Below are positions 1 through 11,230 of a stretch of DNA of 64,000 nucleotides, piece by piece. The translations under genes were made by a program, and so were the position numbers. A model generated the notes under the pieces. That model saw only the letters and a program-made list of their open reading frames with translations. It was not told the DNA's origin and searched no databases. How positions within the stretch are numbered: the first letter of the stretch is position 1; each line of letters begins with the position of its first letter. The stretch covers positions 17,050,001 to 17,114,000 of the forward strand of contig NC_087461.1 of the NCBI RefSeq assembly GCF_036321535.1, given 5' to 3'. This DNA is from Camelus dromedarius (lineage: Eukaryota).

Positions 1-19
1 TCCTAGAGTCTATCTGTCT

Positions 20-183
20 TTCAATAGTGGGAGTGTTCTCTGTGCTATCCAAAATGGTAGCCACAACCCACACATGGTACTTGAAATGTGGCTAACGTAA
101 CTAAGGAACAGAAATTTTAATTTGATTTACATTAAAATTAAAATAGCCATGTGTGACTAGTGGCCACCAAGTTGGACATAGCT
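20..183 (+). mobile_element. MER3-like hAT-Charlie non-autonomous DNA transposon
   Basis: ctatccaaaatggtagccac...acttgaaatgtggctaa...aatagccatgtgtgactagtggccaccaagttggaca follows the recalled MER3 consensus. Confidence 0.7.
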
Positions 184-274
184 TTATACTGGTTCTAAAT
201 ACTCCACTTCAGTTGTTTGCAGATTCTTCTAGCAACCTCAGCTATGTATTCCAAGAAACATGCCCCTATCTTTG

Positions 275-809
275 NNNNNNNNNNNNNNNNNNNNNNNNNN
301 NNNNNNNNNNNNNNNNNNNNNNNNNNNNNNNNNNNNNNNNNNNNNNNNNNNNNNNNNNNNNNNNNNNNNNNNNNNNNNNNNNNNNNNNNNNNNNNNNNNN
401 NNNNNNNNNNNNNNNNNNNNNNNNNNNNNNNNNNNNNNNNNNNNNNNNNNNNNNNNNNNNNNNNNNNNNNNNNNNNNNNNNNNNNNNNNNNNNNNNNNNN
501 NNNNNNNNNNNNNNNNNNNNNNNNNNNNNNNNNNNNNNNNNNNNNNNNNNNNNNNNNNNNNNNNNNNNNNNNNNNNNNNNNNNNNNNNNNNNNNNNNNNN
601 NNNNNNNNNNNNNNNNNNNNNNNNNNNNNNNNNNNNNNNNNNNNNNNNNNNNNNNNNNNNNNNNNNNNNNNNNNNNNNNNNNNNNNNNNNNNNNNNNNNN
701 NNNNNNNNNNNNNNNNNNNNNNNNNNNNNNNNNNNNNNNNNNNNNNNNNNNNNNNNNNNNNNNNNNNNNNNNNNNNNNNNNNNNNNNNNNNNNNNNNNNN
801 NNNNNNNNN
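275..809. other. Assembly gap (535 N)
   Basis: Run of N. Confidence 1.
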
Positions 810-1349
810 GCCAGGTCTTCTATTGAAGGAGAGAAAGAACAGGAGAAGGAATGAGTGAGCTGGCTAACTTTCCAGAATCCTGTAGCCTGGGCAGTGCAGG
901 GTCATTGGCGTTCTGCTCTAAGCACAGGTGTTAGCCAACCAAATGCCAAGCAGCATAAACACAGAGTGACATTTTCAGAAATATTAATATTTCATCAGAA
1001 ATGATCACTTATCCTTTAAATACACTATCTTAAAAGGTCTTCTACATTCTTCACTATAATTTTATTCAGTCTAGGTCCTCGGAATTTTCCCCAAAGGAAC
1101 ACATCTTTAATTTTCATATGAAAATCAAAGGGGAATCAAGCTCAGTTTTCCAGATTTAAGTCAACATTTCCAGGAACCCAGACCCTCTATAAAGAGGGCA
1201 AGGTTGTGCATTGAGCACCTGCTGTATACCAGGTACTCTATACAGTAAGTAGCATATAAATTCATCAAACACATATTTATTAGGTGCCTACCGTGTGCTG
1301 CAAATGTGATCTTTGAAGTAATTTATTAACACCTTTTGACAGGAAAGTA

Positions 1350-1650
1350 CTCTCATCCTTCTGTTTCATCTCCAATGTTACCTTCCCTCCTCAAAGAGGC
1401 CTGCCTGGATGGGCATCTGAGGCAGCCTCCCCTCCTCTGCCCATTCCCTCACTTTATTGATTAGCTTCCATCAGAGCCCTATTTCGTCTGTAATTACTGC
1501 TTATTTACTTGCTCTGCTAGTTGTCGATCCATCCCCTCCACTAGAAGATAGACTCCAGGAGAGCAGGGACCATGGCACTTCTGCTCGCTTGCAGGTTTCC
1601 TAGGTGCGCGGCACTCAGCGGCACAGAGGACGGCTTAGTCAGTATCTGGG
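1350..1650 (+). mobile_element. L2 LINE 3' end fragment
   Basis: cccctccactagaagatagactccaggagagcagggacc...gcactcagcggcacagagg resembles the L2 3' terminus. Confidence 0.55.
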
Positions 1651-2059
1651 GAAGGAACGAAGGGTGGGAGAAGTGCAGAAGGCCGTTAGAGTCACACTGC
1701 TAGGAAGGAAGGGGTGGTGTAGGGATTCAGTTCTCCCTGTATATAGGCTGCCATCTAGTCTATTCGAGTCCACGCTTCTTTCTTCCTTCCCGTCATCTTG
1801 CTCCTCCTTTCCTGGGGAAACACTGGAGGAACAACCATGACTCCTGGGGCCAGAGAGCCCCGGGCACGCGGAGGTGCCTTGTCAGTTCCCAGTTTAAGGA
1901 AGCCCCTCCAGCGAGGGGAGGAGCCCACCAAGCGGCAAACAGCGAGCTTAGCCCTTCCCCCTGCACCTGTGCCCAGACGCTGGACCGCTGAGAACCCAGC
2001 GCTGGAGGAATCGGTTTATCTCAGTAGCTGGGAGCGTGGGGTCAGGCCTGGGGTCCCTT

Positions 2060-2250
2060 GGTTTGAGCCCCAGCCCCTCGCTTCCTAGTGGGCCTTGGAC
2101 ACACCCCTTTACAACTTTGAGACTCGGTTTCCTCAAATGTAGCACGATAATACATAATGATACTGAGTTCATGAGCTTGTTCTGATTGAATAGCACACAG
2201 AAAGCCCGGCGCTTTGCAGATGGTAAGCGCCGGAGAAAACGGCAGTTAGG
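2060..2250 (+). mobile_element. MIR remnant abutting the CpG island
   Basis: ctcggtttcctcaaatgtag (MIR core cctcagtttcctcatctgtaaa) and gtaagcgc...gttag (MIR tail gtaagcgctcaataaatgttag). Confidence 0.55.
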
Positions 2251-2830
2251 GGGTGAAACCAGCGATCCCGGGCCTGGGACAGGCAGGCGCCCGGGTGAGT
2301 GCGGAGGAGCTGCGTGGTGAGGCTGGGGCGAGGGGAAAGCGCTCTGGGGGCCTCCGGGGCCCCGCCCCCACCCCACCGGAGGGACGGGGGGGGGGCGCCC
2401 CGCGCACCGAGCCGTTGCGTTTGAAACCCACCGAGGAATTCCAGCGCAGGACGGGAAGGGTGTGGGAGCCACAGGCAGGCAAGACAGCGCCCTTTTAAGG
2501 CTTTGGGACCCTCCCGGGGTCGACCCCGCAGCCCGGCTGCCCTGGCAGGTGTCTGCTGAGGGAGCCCAGCACTCAGGAGTGTTCCCGCCAGGAGTAGGGG
2601 TGGTGAAGCAGCCAGAAGAGGGGGGCCAGAAGGGGCAGTGGGGAGAGCAAGGCGGGGCTGAGCCAGGCGGGGGCCGCCGGCCCTCGGTGGGAGCGGGATC
2701 TCTGGGAAGACCCGGGAGAACCCGATGGGGGGCTCCCAGCCCCACGGTGCCTAGCACAGTGCCAGGCCCTCACCTGGTCCTCTGTGAGGCTTAGCGGGCG
2801 ACGATGGGCTGAGCCCCAGGCCCCGAAAGG
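2230..2830 (+). promoter_or_regulatory. CpG-island-like, TATA-less promoter of the C1orf94 long isoform
   Basis: Very GC- and CpG-rich stretch ending about 400 nt upstream of the first ATG. GC boxes CCCCGCCCCC (2360-2369) and GGCGGGGC (2651-2658), MYB-type sites and TTTGAA (2420-2425). The TSS cannot be determined from sequence. Confidence 0.7.
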
Positions 2831-3204
2831 TGTCAGGGATGTTTCACAACGGGGGAGAGCCAGGGACTGTGGGGAGAGCCAGCCCTCCCACTCCAGCTGT
2901 TCCCAGATGTCATTCTGCCCACCCAGGCCCCTGGTTCCTGAGCTCCAGGGGATTCCAAGGTTACTAAGCTACTGGTTTTTATTAACTTGTAAATATTTTC
3001 TTCTAAGGGAGAGGGGGAGGGGGGCCAAAGTCAGGAAAGAGCAAATAAAAGCAAATCAAAATAAATTCCCCTCCCCAAAAGAAAGCTGTCCTCCATCCAC
3101 CCCTCATCCACAAATCGAAGGCCTCTGAACATAGTCACTTTTCTGGGCCAACAGCCAGACAGGACTGACCTGCTCTGCCCCATCCTCACCTCCCTTTCTG
3201 GTGA

Positions 3205-3533
3205 ATGAGGAGTGGTGGTGGATGGTCCCCCTGTCTCCGAGCCCTGGGTGGACAAACGGCCTTCCAGAAAGAGAGGAAGAGGATGGCCAGTGGAAATGGG
3301 CTGGCTTCATCCTCGGCCCTGGTGGCCAAGCGCCCCTCCGCCCTGGGCCCATTCCCCAGATACATCTGGATCCACCAGGACACACCCCAAGACAGCCTAG
3401 ACAAGGCTTGCCACGAAATCTGGAAGAGAGTTCAGGGCCTGCCTGAGGCCTTGCAGCCCAGAACCTCAAAGGAGCAGCTCTCAGCCCCCATGGCAGGGAC
3501 TCCAAGAGACAAGAGGCTCAGCTTCCAAGAAGA
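3205..3533 (+). CDS. C1orf94: C1orf94 coding exon 1 (MRSGGGWSP...MASGNGLASSSALVAKRPSALGPFPRYIWIHQDTPQDSLDKACHEIWKRVQGLPE...SFQE)
   Basis: ORF 3205..3537 matches the C1orf94 N-terminus. Donor GA|GTGAGT at 3534, phase 2. The second in-frame ATG at 3283 has the better Kozak context. Confidence 0.92.
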
Positions 3534-4042
3534 GTGAGTGTCCCCCTGCATGGCTGGCACCAAGGGAGGAGGGAAGAGGGAGGAGATGAGGTCTGACCTT
3601 GTCAGGAAATGTTCTGTTAGTCTGGCTAAACCCTAAATGCTGTATACTTTTGCTCCACTCACCGTGGTCCTTTGTCCAACCTTTATTAGAGCATTGATTG
3701 GGGCCCTGAAGGGACCTGGGTGAGAAGCCAGACCAGGGCTGTATTTCTGCTGTCTCTGTACCAACCCACTAAGGGGACATTTCTCATCTAAAGGCATAGG
3801 CAACCCAGATCTGAGGACCTTAAAAAACCACCGTAACCAGGGCTGAGGGTTCGATGTCCATGGCTATCCCCAGAGGCACTAGAAGCTGGAAGGTCCTTCT
3901 CCCTTCCCGCCCCCAGAGGCTAGGCATTGGCACAGATGAGTCTGGTGGTTTTAAACCACATCTGGAATTCCCTAATACAGGGAGCAGCTGTCCCATTCAG
4001 CCTCCACAGAAGCTGCTGCAGGAGCGCACATCAAAATATTTA

Positions 4043-4182
4043 NNNNNNNNNNNNNNNNNNNNNNNNNNNNNNNNNNNNNNNNNNNNNNNNNNNNNNNNNN
4101 NNNNNNNNNNNNNNNNNNNNNNNNNNNNNNNNNNNNNNNNNNNNNNNNNNNNNNNNNNNNNNNNNNNNNNNNNNNNNNNNNN
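4043..4182. other. Assembly gap (140 N), intron 1
   Basis: Run of N. Confidence 1.
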
Positions 4183-6279
4183 GGGCAGATATTGTTGGGG
4201 ATGGATATTAGAAAGGAGAGGAGGGAACAGAGAAGAAGGGACCTCGTTAGGAAAAGCAAGTACGTCTACAGAGTTATTAATGCCACCAGTGAGCACTTGT
4301 TCACTGCTTTGCATCTTCAAAGTGGGCTGCAAACATTAATTAATCCTCCCAGAGTCCCTATAAGGCAGGTATTAGTGTCCCCATTTTACAGATGGATTGT
4401 GTTAATAATTAGATGCTAATTAAAGACTAAGTGATAATTAAGTGTTGCCTGTTCCAATATAGGTTCCAGCTCAGCTCAAACATGCTCTGGAGTTGGGGGA
4501 CCTCATTCAGGCAATTCAGCTGCGTCTGGTTTCAGGGATTTCTAGGCAAGAGCTAAGGAAGGCAAAGTATGACTGCTCCCTAGTTCTGCACTCCTGCTGT
4601 CCCTTTTTGTGCTTACTGGAAGGCACTTTGGCTCTCATTGCCTCCCCTGCCCCCTGCTCAGCAGGACATGGCTGGGATGAGAATGGCCTGTCTACAGCCA
4701 AAGCCCTGCTGTCCGGCCCTCCGGTGGCGCTGAGCCCCTCCGCCCCACCCACTGCCATCTGCTCTGGGACAGGGCCTTGGCAGAGGGCCCACGGGCCTGT
4801 GTTCAGCTCTCAGTGGCCAAAGAGCTGATTGTCCACTTTGTGGACTAAGGGTCAGTGGCCATTTCCAGTAGATGGCACCCTCTCTGCCAGGTCACACTGC
4901 GTTAATGGAGACAGACTCTACTTCCAGTCTGCACTTGGCCGAAAAGTGACCTGGCACACCTTTGGCCTGCCGCTTGACTCCAGTTGGCCTTGATTTTCTC
5001 ATCTGCAAATGGAGGATGATATGCCCTGCCTGATCCACCTCAGCATTGATAATGAGGATCAAATGTGATGAGAGAGAGGAAACAGGAAACTGGAAACTGC
5101 ACTATACAAACGAGGCTGTCCCTGAAAGGAATTGCCAAGGTTCAGGGGTTTGGTTGTTGTTTGTATTGCCTTCAGGCTGGGGTCTTCACATGATGCTCAT
5201 AGACCCGAGGGTGCTTCAGGGGGCCCCCCTGGAGTTGAGTGGCCTGATTGCTGGGCCCCAAGCCCCACTTTAACCAGAGCTGTTCAGCTTTTTGTAAGTT
5301 TTACTTACTGAAGTTCTGAATGAAGGCTGCATTTGACAAAAGGTACTGCTACTGAGAAAAGGGCTAGGAAGCCATTGCCTCAGATGAGTGAATGATATTA
5401 TCATGCGGATAGCAACCAAGCAGAACACAATGCGCTGTTCCTGAAATAAAGGCAGCTGCAATGGTGGAGTCAGATAACTCTGGTTTCAGATTGCATTTCA
5501 GCCCAGTGCCAGCTGCGGGACTTGTTTAATTTATGTGAGCTGCAGTTTCTTCATCTGCCAAATGGAGATGATTACTGTGCATTTCATCAGGTTGTTGGGA
5601 TGATTAAATGGGATATTTAAACATTACCAGTAATAACTAGGATTTGTAAAAATTCCTTGTAATAATGATAGTGATGATTTCTTTAAGCCCTACAATTATT
5701 ACATGAAGTGGGTGCTATTTTAAACTCCCCCTTTTTTTACTTTTTGTTATGCAAATGTTCAGATGCATAAAATGGAGTAGTATAATGAATGTCTATCAAT
5801 CAGCCTCATTGATTATCAACTTTGTGCCATTCTTGTTTCAATTCTACTTTCCCCCTATTTTAAAATCAAATCCTTTTTACAGGTAAGGTAACAGGTTTGG
5901 AGGGGTTAATTTCTTTGCCTGAGGTCCTACAGTTAGGAAGTGGTGGAGTTTCAGAAAACAAACTCCGGACCATGTGTGATAGTGCTGGCTATCTTCCCCT
6001 AGGAATTGAGGCATTTTTTGGAGAGTCGTAATATTTGTCAATCTCATGTTCCAAGTGACCACATATAGATAACAGATTTGAAAACCAGGGAGCTGTCCAG
6101 TGTAGCTGCGGGATGGCTTAAAGGCCCACAAAATAGCCTCTCAGCTAATCTTTCCACTGTTTAATTTGTAGACCCAGTGTCGGTGATGTTTGCTGCTGTA
6201 GGGGCAGCTAGACAAATAAGTTATAGAACACTTGTTAGCCAGAATTTTAAAAAATGTGTCCCTATTTATCATAGAAATC

Positions 6280-6780
6280 CAGACATCTCAAGTTTAAAAG
6301 CGATCTTGGAGGCCATCTGCTGCTGCTTGAATGCCTTCCTCAGCATCCTTACCAAGTGGTTCTCCACTTGTACACTTTCTTAGATGGGGAGCTCACCACT
6401 TCCTAAGGTAGTTCCTTCCCCTGCTATGAACCCAGACTATCAAAAAAACATTTTCTTCCTGTACTGCAATCTCTTTATCAAACTAATACCCATTGATCTG
6501 GATTCTGCCCTTAGAGCTCCAAATTAAATCTATCCCTCCTTCCTCTCAGTAGCCTTTTAGATATTAAAAGATGGCAACAGTATTCATTCTAGGACCTCTT
6601 GTTCTACAAGCTGAGTACCTCTGGTTTTCTGAATTTCCTGCCCATGTTGCTGGTCCCTGGGGCAGTGCAGCAACCAGAACCAAGTACAGTAATCCAGGGA
6701 TGATCCAATCCGAGCAGACTGGATCCTCTCCATCTATGTGCTGTATTCCTGTTAATGGCAGTTAACACCACATTCGCTTC
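6280..6780 (-). mobile_element. L3/CR1 LINE remnant
   Basis: ttagatggggagctcaccacttcc and cccattgatctggattctgccctt resemble the recalled reverse complement of the L3 3' region. Confidence 0.5.
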
Positions 6781-6819
6781 TCTACCCAAGCTAAAGTCAC
6801 CCTATGGACGTATTTTGAG

Positions 6820-7760
6820 TTCATTCATTCATTCAATTATTCATTCAACAAACATTTATTAAGCAGCTACTTTGTGCCTGGCACTGTACTCATAGAGCTA
6901 GTGGGATAGAGTAAACCAGATAAAGTCCTGCCTTCCTAGAGCTTACATTTGCGTAGTGGAAGAGAAACAGAAAATAAGTAAATAAAAGAGTATGATAACA
7001 TAAGAATGGGAAAAGAATTGGTATTCTAGTTGGAAGAAATCAATAATAAACACGTAAGAATAAACCAAATAATTTCAGATAGCAATGGGTGCTCTGGTGG
7101 AAGTAAAACCAACTAAAATAGGGGCATTTCCTTTAGATGGGGTGGGCAGGGAAGGACTCTCTGAGGAGAGGTGGTCATCTGATACCAAGAAAGAGCTAGG
7201 CAGGTGAAGATCTGAGGAAGGAGGTCCAGGCAGAAAGGTGAGCAACTTCAGAGACTCAGAGATGGGAGTGGGCTGGAGAGAGACAGCGTGGCTGGGGTGT
7301 AGTGAGTGATGGCACGAGGTGATATAGAGGTAGGCAGGCAAGATCTCAGAAGACCTGGAGGATCCCTATAGGGAACACGTTATGGGACACCTTTGAAGGT
7401 TTTTAGGAAGGTGTAGTAACACGATCACATTCGCTGGTGTATTAGATGTCTCCAGCTGCTGTGTGGAGACGGTTTGTTAGGTATGTGGAAGAGTAAGTTG
7501 GGAGAACTCTGGGAAGATGCTACAATAGTCCAGGTGATCACGACAGTGATGGTGGCTGGACCAAAGTGATTGCAGTGAAAGTGGAAAAAGTGGGGGGATT
7601 CGGTGTGCATTTGGGGAGGAACCAACAGAGCCCACTGATGGCTGGGGACGCACAAACAGATATCAAGGCTGAGTTGAGGTTTTCAGCCTGGGCACTGGTT
7701 AGATGGTGGTACACTTACTGAGGTGGGGAAGAAATGGAGAGAAATGGGCTATGGGGGAGC
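6820..7760 (-). mobile_element. L2 LINE fragment
   Basis: Starts with ttcattcattcattc...caacaaacatttattaagcagctactttgtgcctggcactgt (reverse complement of the L2 tail) and continues as purine-rich L2 antisense sequence. Confidence 0.7.
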
Positions 7761-9743
7761 ATCTGTAGTTCTGCCTAGTGTCAACTCCAGAACCTTGCTC
7801 AGTTATCTTTTAATTAGCCTTAAATTTGGGCTCAGAGAATTGTGGAAAGCCACTTACTGACTCATATTCTAGGACTATATATTCCTTCAATCCCCCTGTT
7901 GCTAAAGCTTCACAGCCCCAGAATGGGGTTTGGGATTTGCTGACTGACTGTGAAATGGAATTTGTTCATTCCTTCATTAATGGATTCATTCAACAAACAC
8001 TCACAGTTGGTTTCTGGGTGCCAGACCCGGTGCTAGGTCCAGGAATACAAAGACATGTAGGACAGAAGCCCATCTCTCTGAAAGCTACCAGTCTAGTTGG
8101 GGGGGGGGGGGACGCAGATCCATGTGACAGCAGAGACTTTCAACAAATATTTATTGTGCGCCTACTGCATGCCTGACAAAGTGTGAAAACCACACTGGTG
8201 AAAAAGATGGGGTCAGTCTCTGAACTTCTATATGGACCTTCAGTGTCTTGCAAATGGCGGATCACAACACATGACGACTGTTCTGATGAAGGACCAGTAC
8301 GCTGGGAGCACACTCTGGGGACGCATGACCCAGGCTTTGGGCTCAGGGAAGGCTTCCTGGAGGAGGCTAGGGGAGGTGAGCTGGAAGGTGATTCCGTGCC
8401 AGTCCCAAGTAGGAAGATAAGTCTACAGAAAGAAAGGAAATCCATTTAAGCATTTAAAAAAAGGAAATGATTTCCTGATTGGCAGCCTTCTGGGATATCT
8501 GTTGCAAGAAGGATGAGGGCTGATTTGCACTTGCTCTAGTGAATCTCCATCCACTGTTTGCATCCATCTGCCAGTCCTCGAGGCCAATGGAGTCGCTGGG
8601 ACTTGGAACCCAAGGAGCTGCCTTGTTTGAACTGCTCTCCCAACAAACCAACCCTTTGTTGCTATTGCTATTTAAACCATAAGAGAGCCGCCTTTCCGCT
8701 CTCATCCATCCCCATGGGCTACATGCCACCCCCAGGGAACTTCCCATCATTCCCTGCACCTACAGGACTCTTTCTGGAGTTTCTCTTCTCAGGACCCAGC
8801 TCAGGAAAAAATTGGATGAGTCATCCTAGTTGCCTGGAAAAGTTGCTTGGAATATATCCCCACTTTTATTTGTTATTATTGTTATTTTTTTTTAAAAGCT
8901 TGAAACCTGGTGAGAGGAGTGATGAGGACAAGGCTCACACTTGGAAACTCAGACTGATGCCCTGGGGCAGAAACCAGCTCTGGAGGCCTGTGAAGTCTCA
9001 TGCTAGCATTTTCTCCTCTTTGAGGGGTCAAACCCCTCTTTGAGAATCTGACGGAAGCTGCCATACACCCTTTTGTCTGAAACACATCCTTATATCCCTT
9101 GATGTTTTTGAATGCTAGAGACCCCTTGGACCCCAGGTTGGAATCCTTTTCTCCCGGCCACTCAACTGTCTCCCTCCCTCAAGCTTCCCAGGGCTGAATC
9201 TCAGCCATTGCTATGACCCCACTCACACTGACATCAATACATCCCCCATCCTGGTTGTCCCATGAATTCGTGCACGAATGGTGCTGCAGACCCAGGTTCG
9301 AGGCCCTGGACCCTCCCTCCTCCAATCTCCTTACACATCCTGTCGGTCGCCTTCATGGTGGGCTTTGACTCCTTGCCTCCCTGCTGGCCTCTCTCCTGCC
9401 ATTTTTGGAACATCTCATCTTACTGTATCTGGTTCCTTGCCCTCCTGGATGTCCTCGGCCAGCTTCACCTTCCTGAAGCACATCAGCAGCACTTCTCAGG
9501 CATCTCCCGTGACTCATTCATTGTCTTCTGGGCTCCTTGACCTGGTCGTCAAGAGTCTGTGCTGGCCCTGCCTACACCTCTAGGTGCACATCTTGCTGCT
9601 CTTCTCCAGACTCTCTGTAAACCAAGATGAGCCATCAGAGGTGCACCTTGCCTTTGCTCAGGTTATTTCGCTACCAGGAGTACCTTTCTTCTATATCTCT
9701 GTATTGAACTCTCACTCTTATTCATCCTCAGAGACCCAGAACT

Positions 9744-9844
9744 GGGGGGAGGGTATAGTTCAGGGGCAGAGTGCATGCTTAGCATGCACGAAGTCATGGT
9801 TTTGGTCCTCAGTACCTATGTTAAATAAATAAATAAATAAATAA

Positions 9845-9879
<35 letters not shown>

Positions 9880-9921
9880 CAACTTAATTACCCTCCCAAA
9901 CCCCAAATTAAAAAAAAAAAA
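9744..9921 (+). mobile_element. Camelid tRNA-Ala-derived SINE (Vic-1 type) with microsatellite-expanded tail and TSD
   Basis: Head ggggagggtatagttcaggggcagagtgcatgcttagcatgcacgaagtc; about (TAAA)6(TAA)10; acttaattaccctccc; poly-A. Flanking repeats AGACCCAGAA (9732-9741) and AGACCTGGAA (9922-9931). Confidence 0.85.
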
Positions 9922-11029
9922 AGACCTGGAATTAGTGGGTCATCTTCTGAATTTTTTACCACTCACTCCGTTCAACATTTTTTCTTTCCTCCCTCTCCCC
10001 TATTTCTCTTTTTAATTTAAATGAATGATTATATTCCCTCTCTTTCCTGAGATTTAAAGGTGGCTCACCTTTAAACAGATGGATCAGAATCCCAGCACAC
10101 TTTATAACTGCAACCAACTTTCTCAAACTTTCTGTGCCCTATTTTCCTCTTCTGAAAAATGCAAAAAGTCACAGTGACCACCCTAAAGGATTATTGTCGA
10201 GGTTAGTGAAGGAATGCAGGCCAAGTTCACACAGCACCTGGCAGAAAATAAGGACTCCAAATTCATCATCTTCTTCACCACCATATTATCGTTACTTTCA
10301 AGGATAAAATGACAAGGGTTAAGTGATCAGGAATGGTATGGGGAGAGGAGGCTTAGGTACCAGCAAACATAGGCTAAAGGAACGTACTCAGTTGAGGCCA
10401 GCAGGTTGCTTTGAGATTCTTGGCAGCTGGGGCAAAAAAGTGGGAACATAAGTCATATCATCTAACAAGACAAAGCAGGAGAGATCATCAGGAGAGACAA
10501 ACACCGCCTTAGCTCTGAGGACCGCATGGTAGGGGTCTTTATAGGAGGGTGATGGGATGGAAGAGTCAGTTTAGAACCAGCTCTTGTGTTGACCGTTGGT
10601 CAGAGGGAAGGACACAGAGTCCCAGTCGGATGTGTCAGAGCAGCCCTGGCATGGGGTTTCTGATGAGGTGGTCATCTGGCACATACTGTACACTGCCCGA
10701 GGCAGCAGTCCCTCATCCCCCACTTGGCCACGGCTCCTTAAGGGCAAGTACTGTGTCTTACTCATCTTTGTCTCCCCAGTGCCCAGCCGAGTTCCTGGCA
10801 CTTGGTGGCAATGCAGTGTGTATGAATGAATGAGTAAGTAAATGATGGATGAACCATAAAAATGCCACTGCAAGGAGAGTAAGGCCCAGAGGTGGCCAGG
10901 AGCCAAGCAAGAGGTCACAATCATCAGAAGAAGACTGAGTGATGTAGGGACAGGATATCAGGAAGCCAAGACATTGGCAGAGTATTTTTCCTCCTCCTGC
11001 CTTCAGTTGTAGGAAGAGAATTAACATTT

Positions 11030-11230
11030 TCTTGAGCACCTGATATATGCCAGGCTATATGAATTTCAATTTTCTGTTTATCTTATTGTCTTAGCAACCC
11101 TTCCCAGTTGATGGTCAATATTATTCCCATTTTACAGATGAGGAAGTTGAGGCTCCGAGAAGTTAGGCAACTTGCCCAGAGTCATCCAGCTCGGAGAGGG
11201 CAGAACAGGGATAGGAACCTCGTGGGGCTT
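11030..11230 (-). mobile_element. MIR
   Basis: cccattttacagatgaggaagttgaggctccgagaagttaggcaacttgcccagagtca. Confidence 0.75.

Noticed and set aside
153-858. ORFs of 188-233 aa near the window start (also at 3854-4339 and 61858-63173)
   Set aside because: Artefacts of N runs translated as X.
1-2230. CSMD2 first exon or shared bidirectional promoter
   Set aside because: CSMD2 is head-to-head with C1orf94 in human as I recall, but I see no CSMD2 signal-peptide exon here. It should lie several kb upstream of the window.
1948-2794. Long Pro/Gly/Arg-rich ORFs on both strands (269 aa, 110 aa and others)
   Set aside because: Expected by chance in a CpG island; no recognisable protein.
9744-9820. 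tRNA-Ala(AGC)-like gene (catgc-ttAGCat-gcacg anticodon arm)
   Set aside because: B box degraded (ggttttggtcc), followed by a SINE-specific tail, poly-A and TSD. It is a SINE head, not a tRNA gene.
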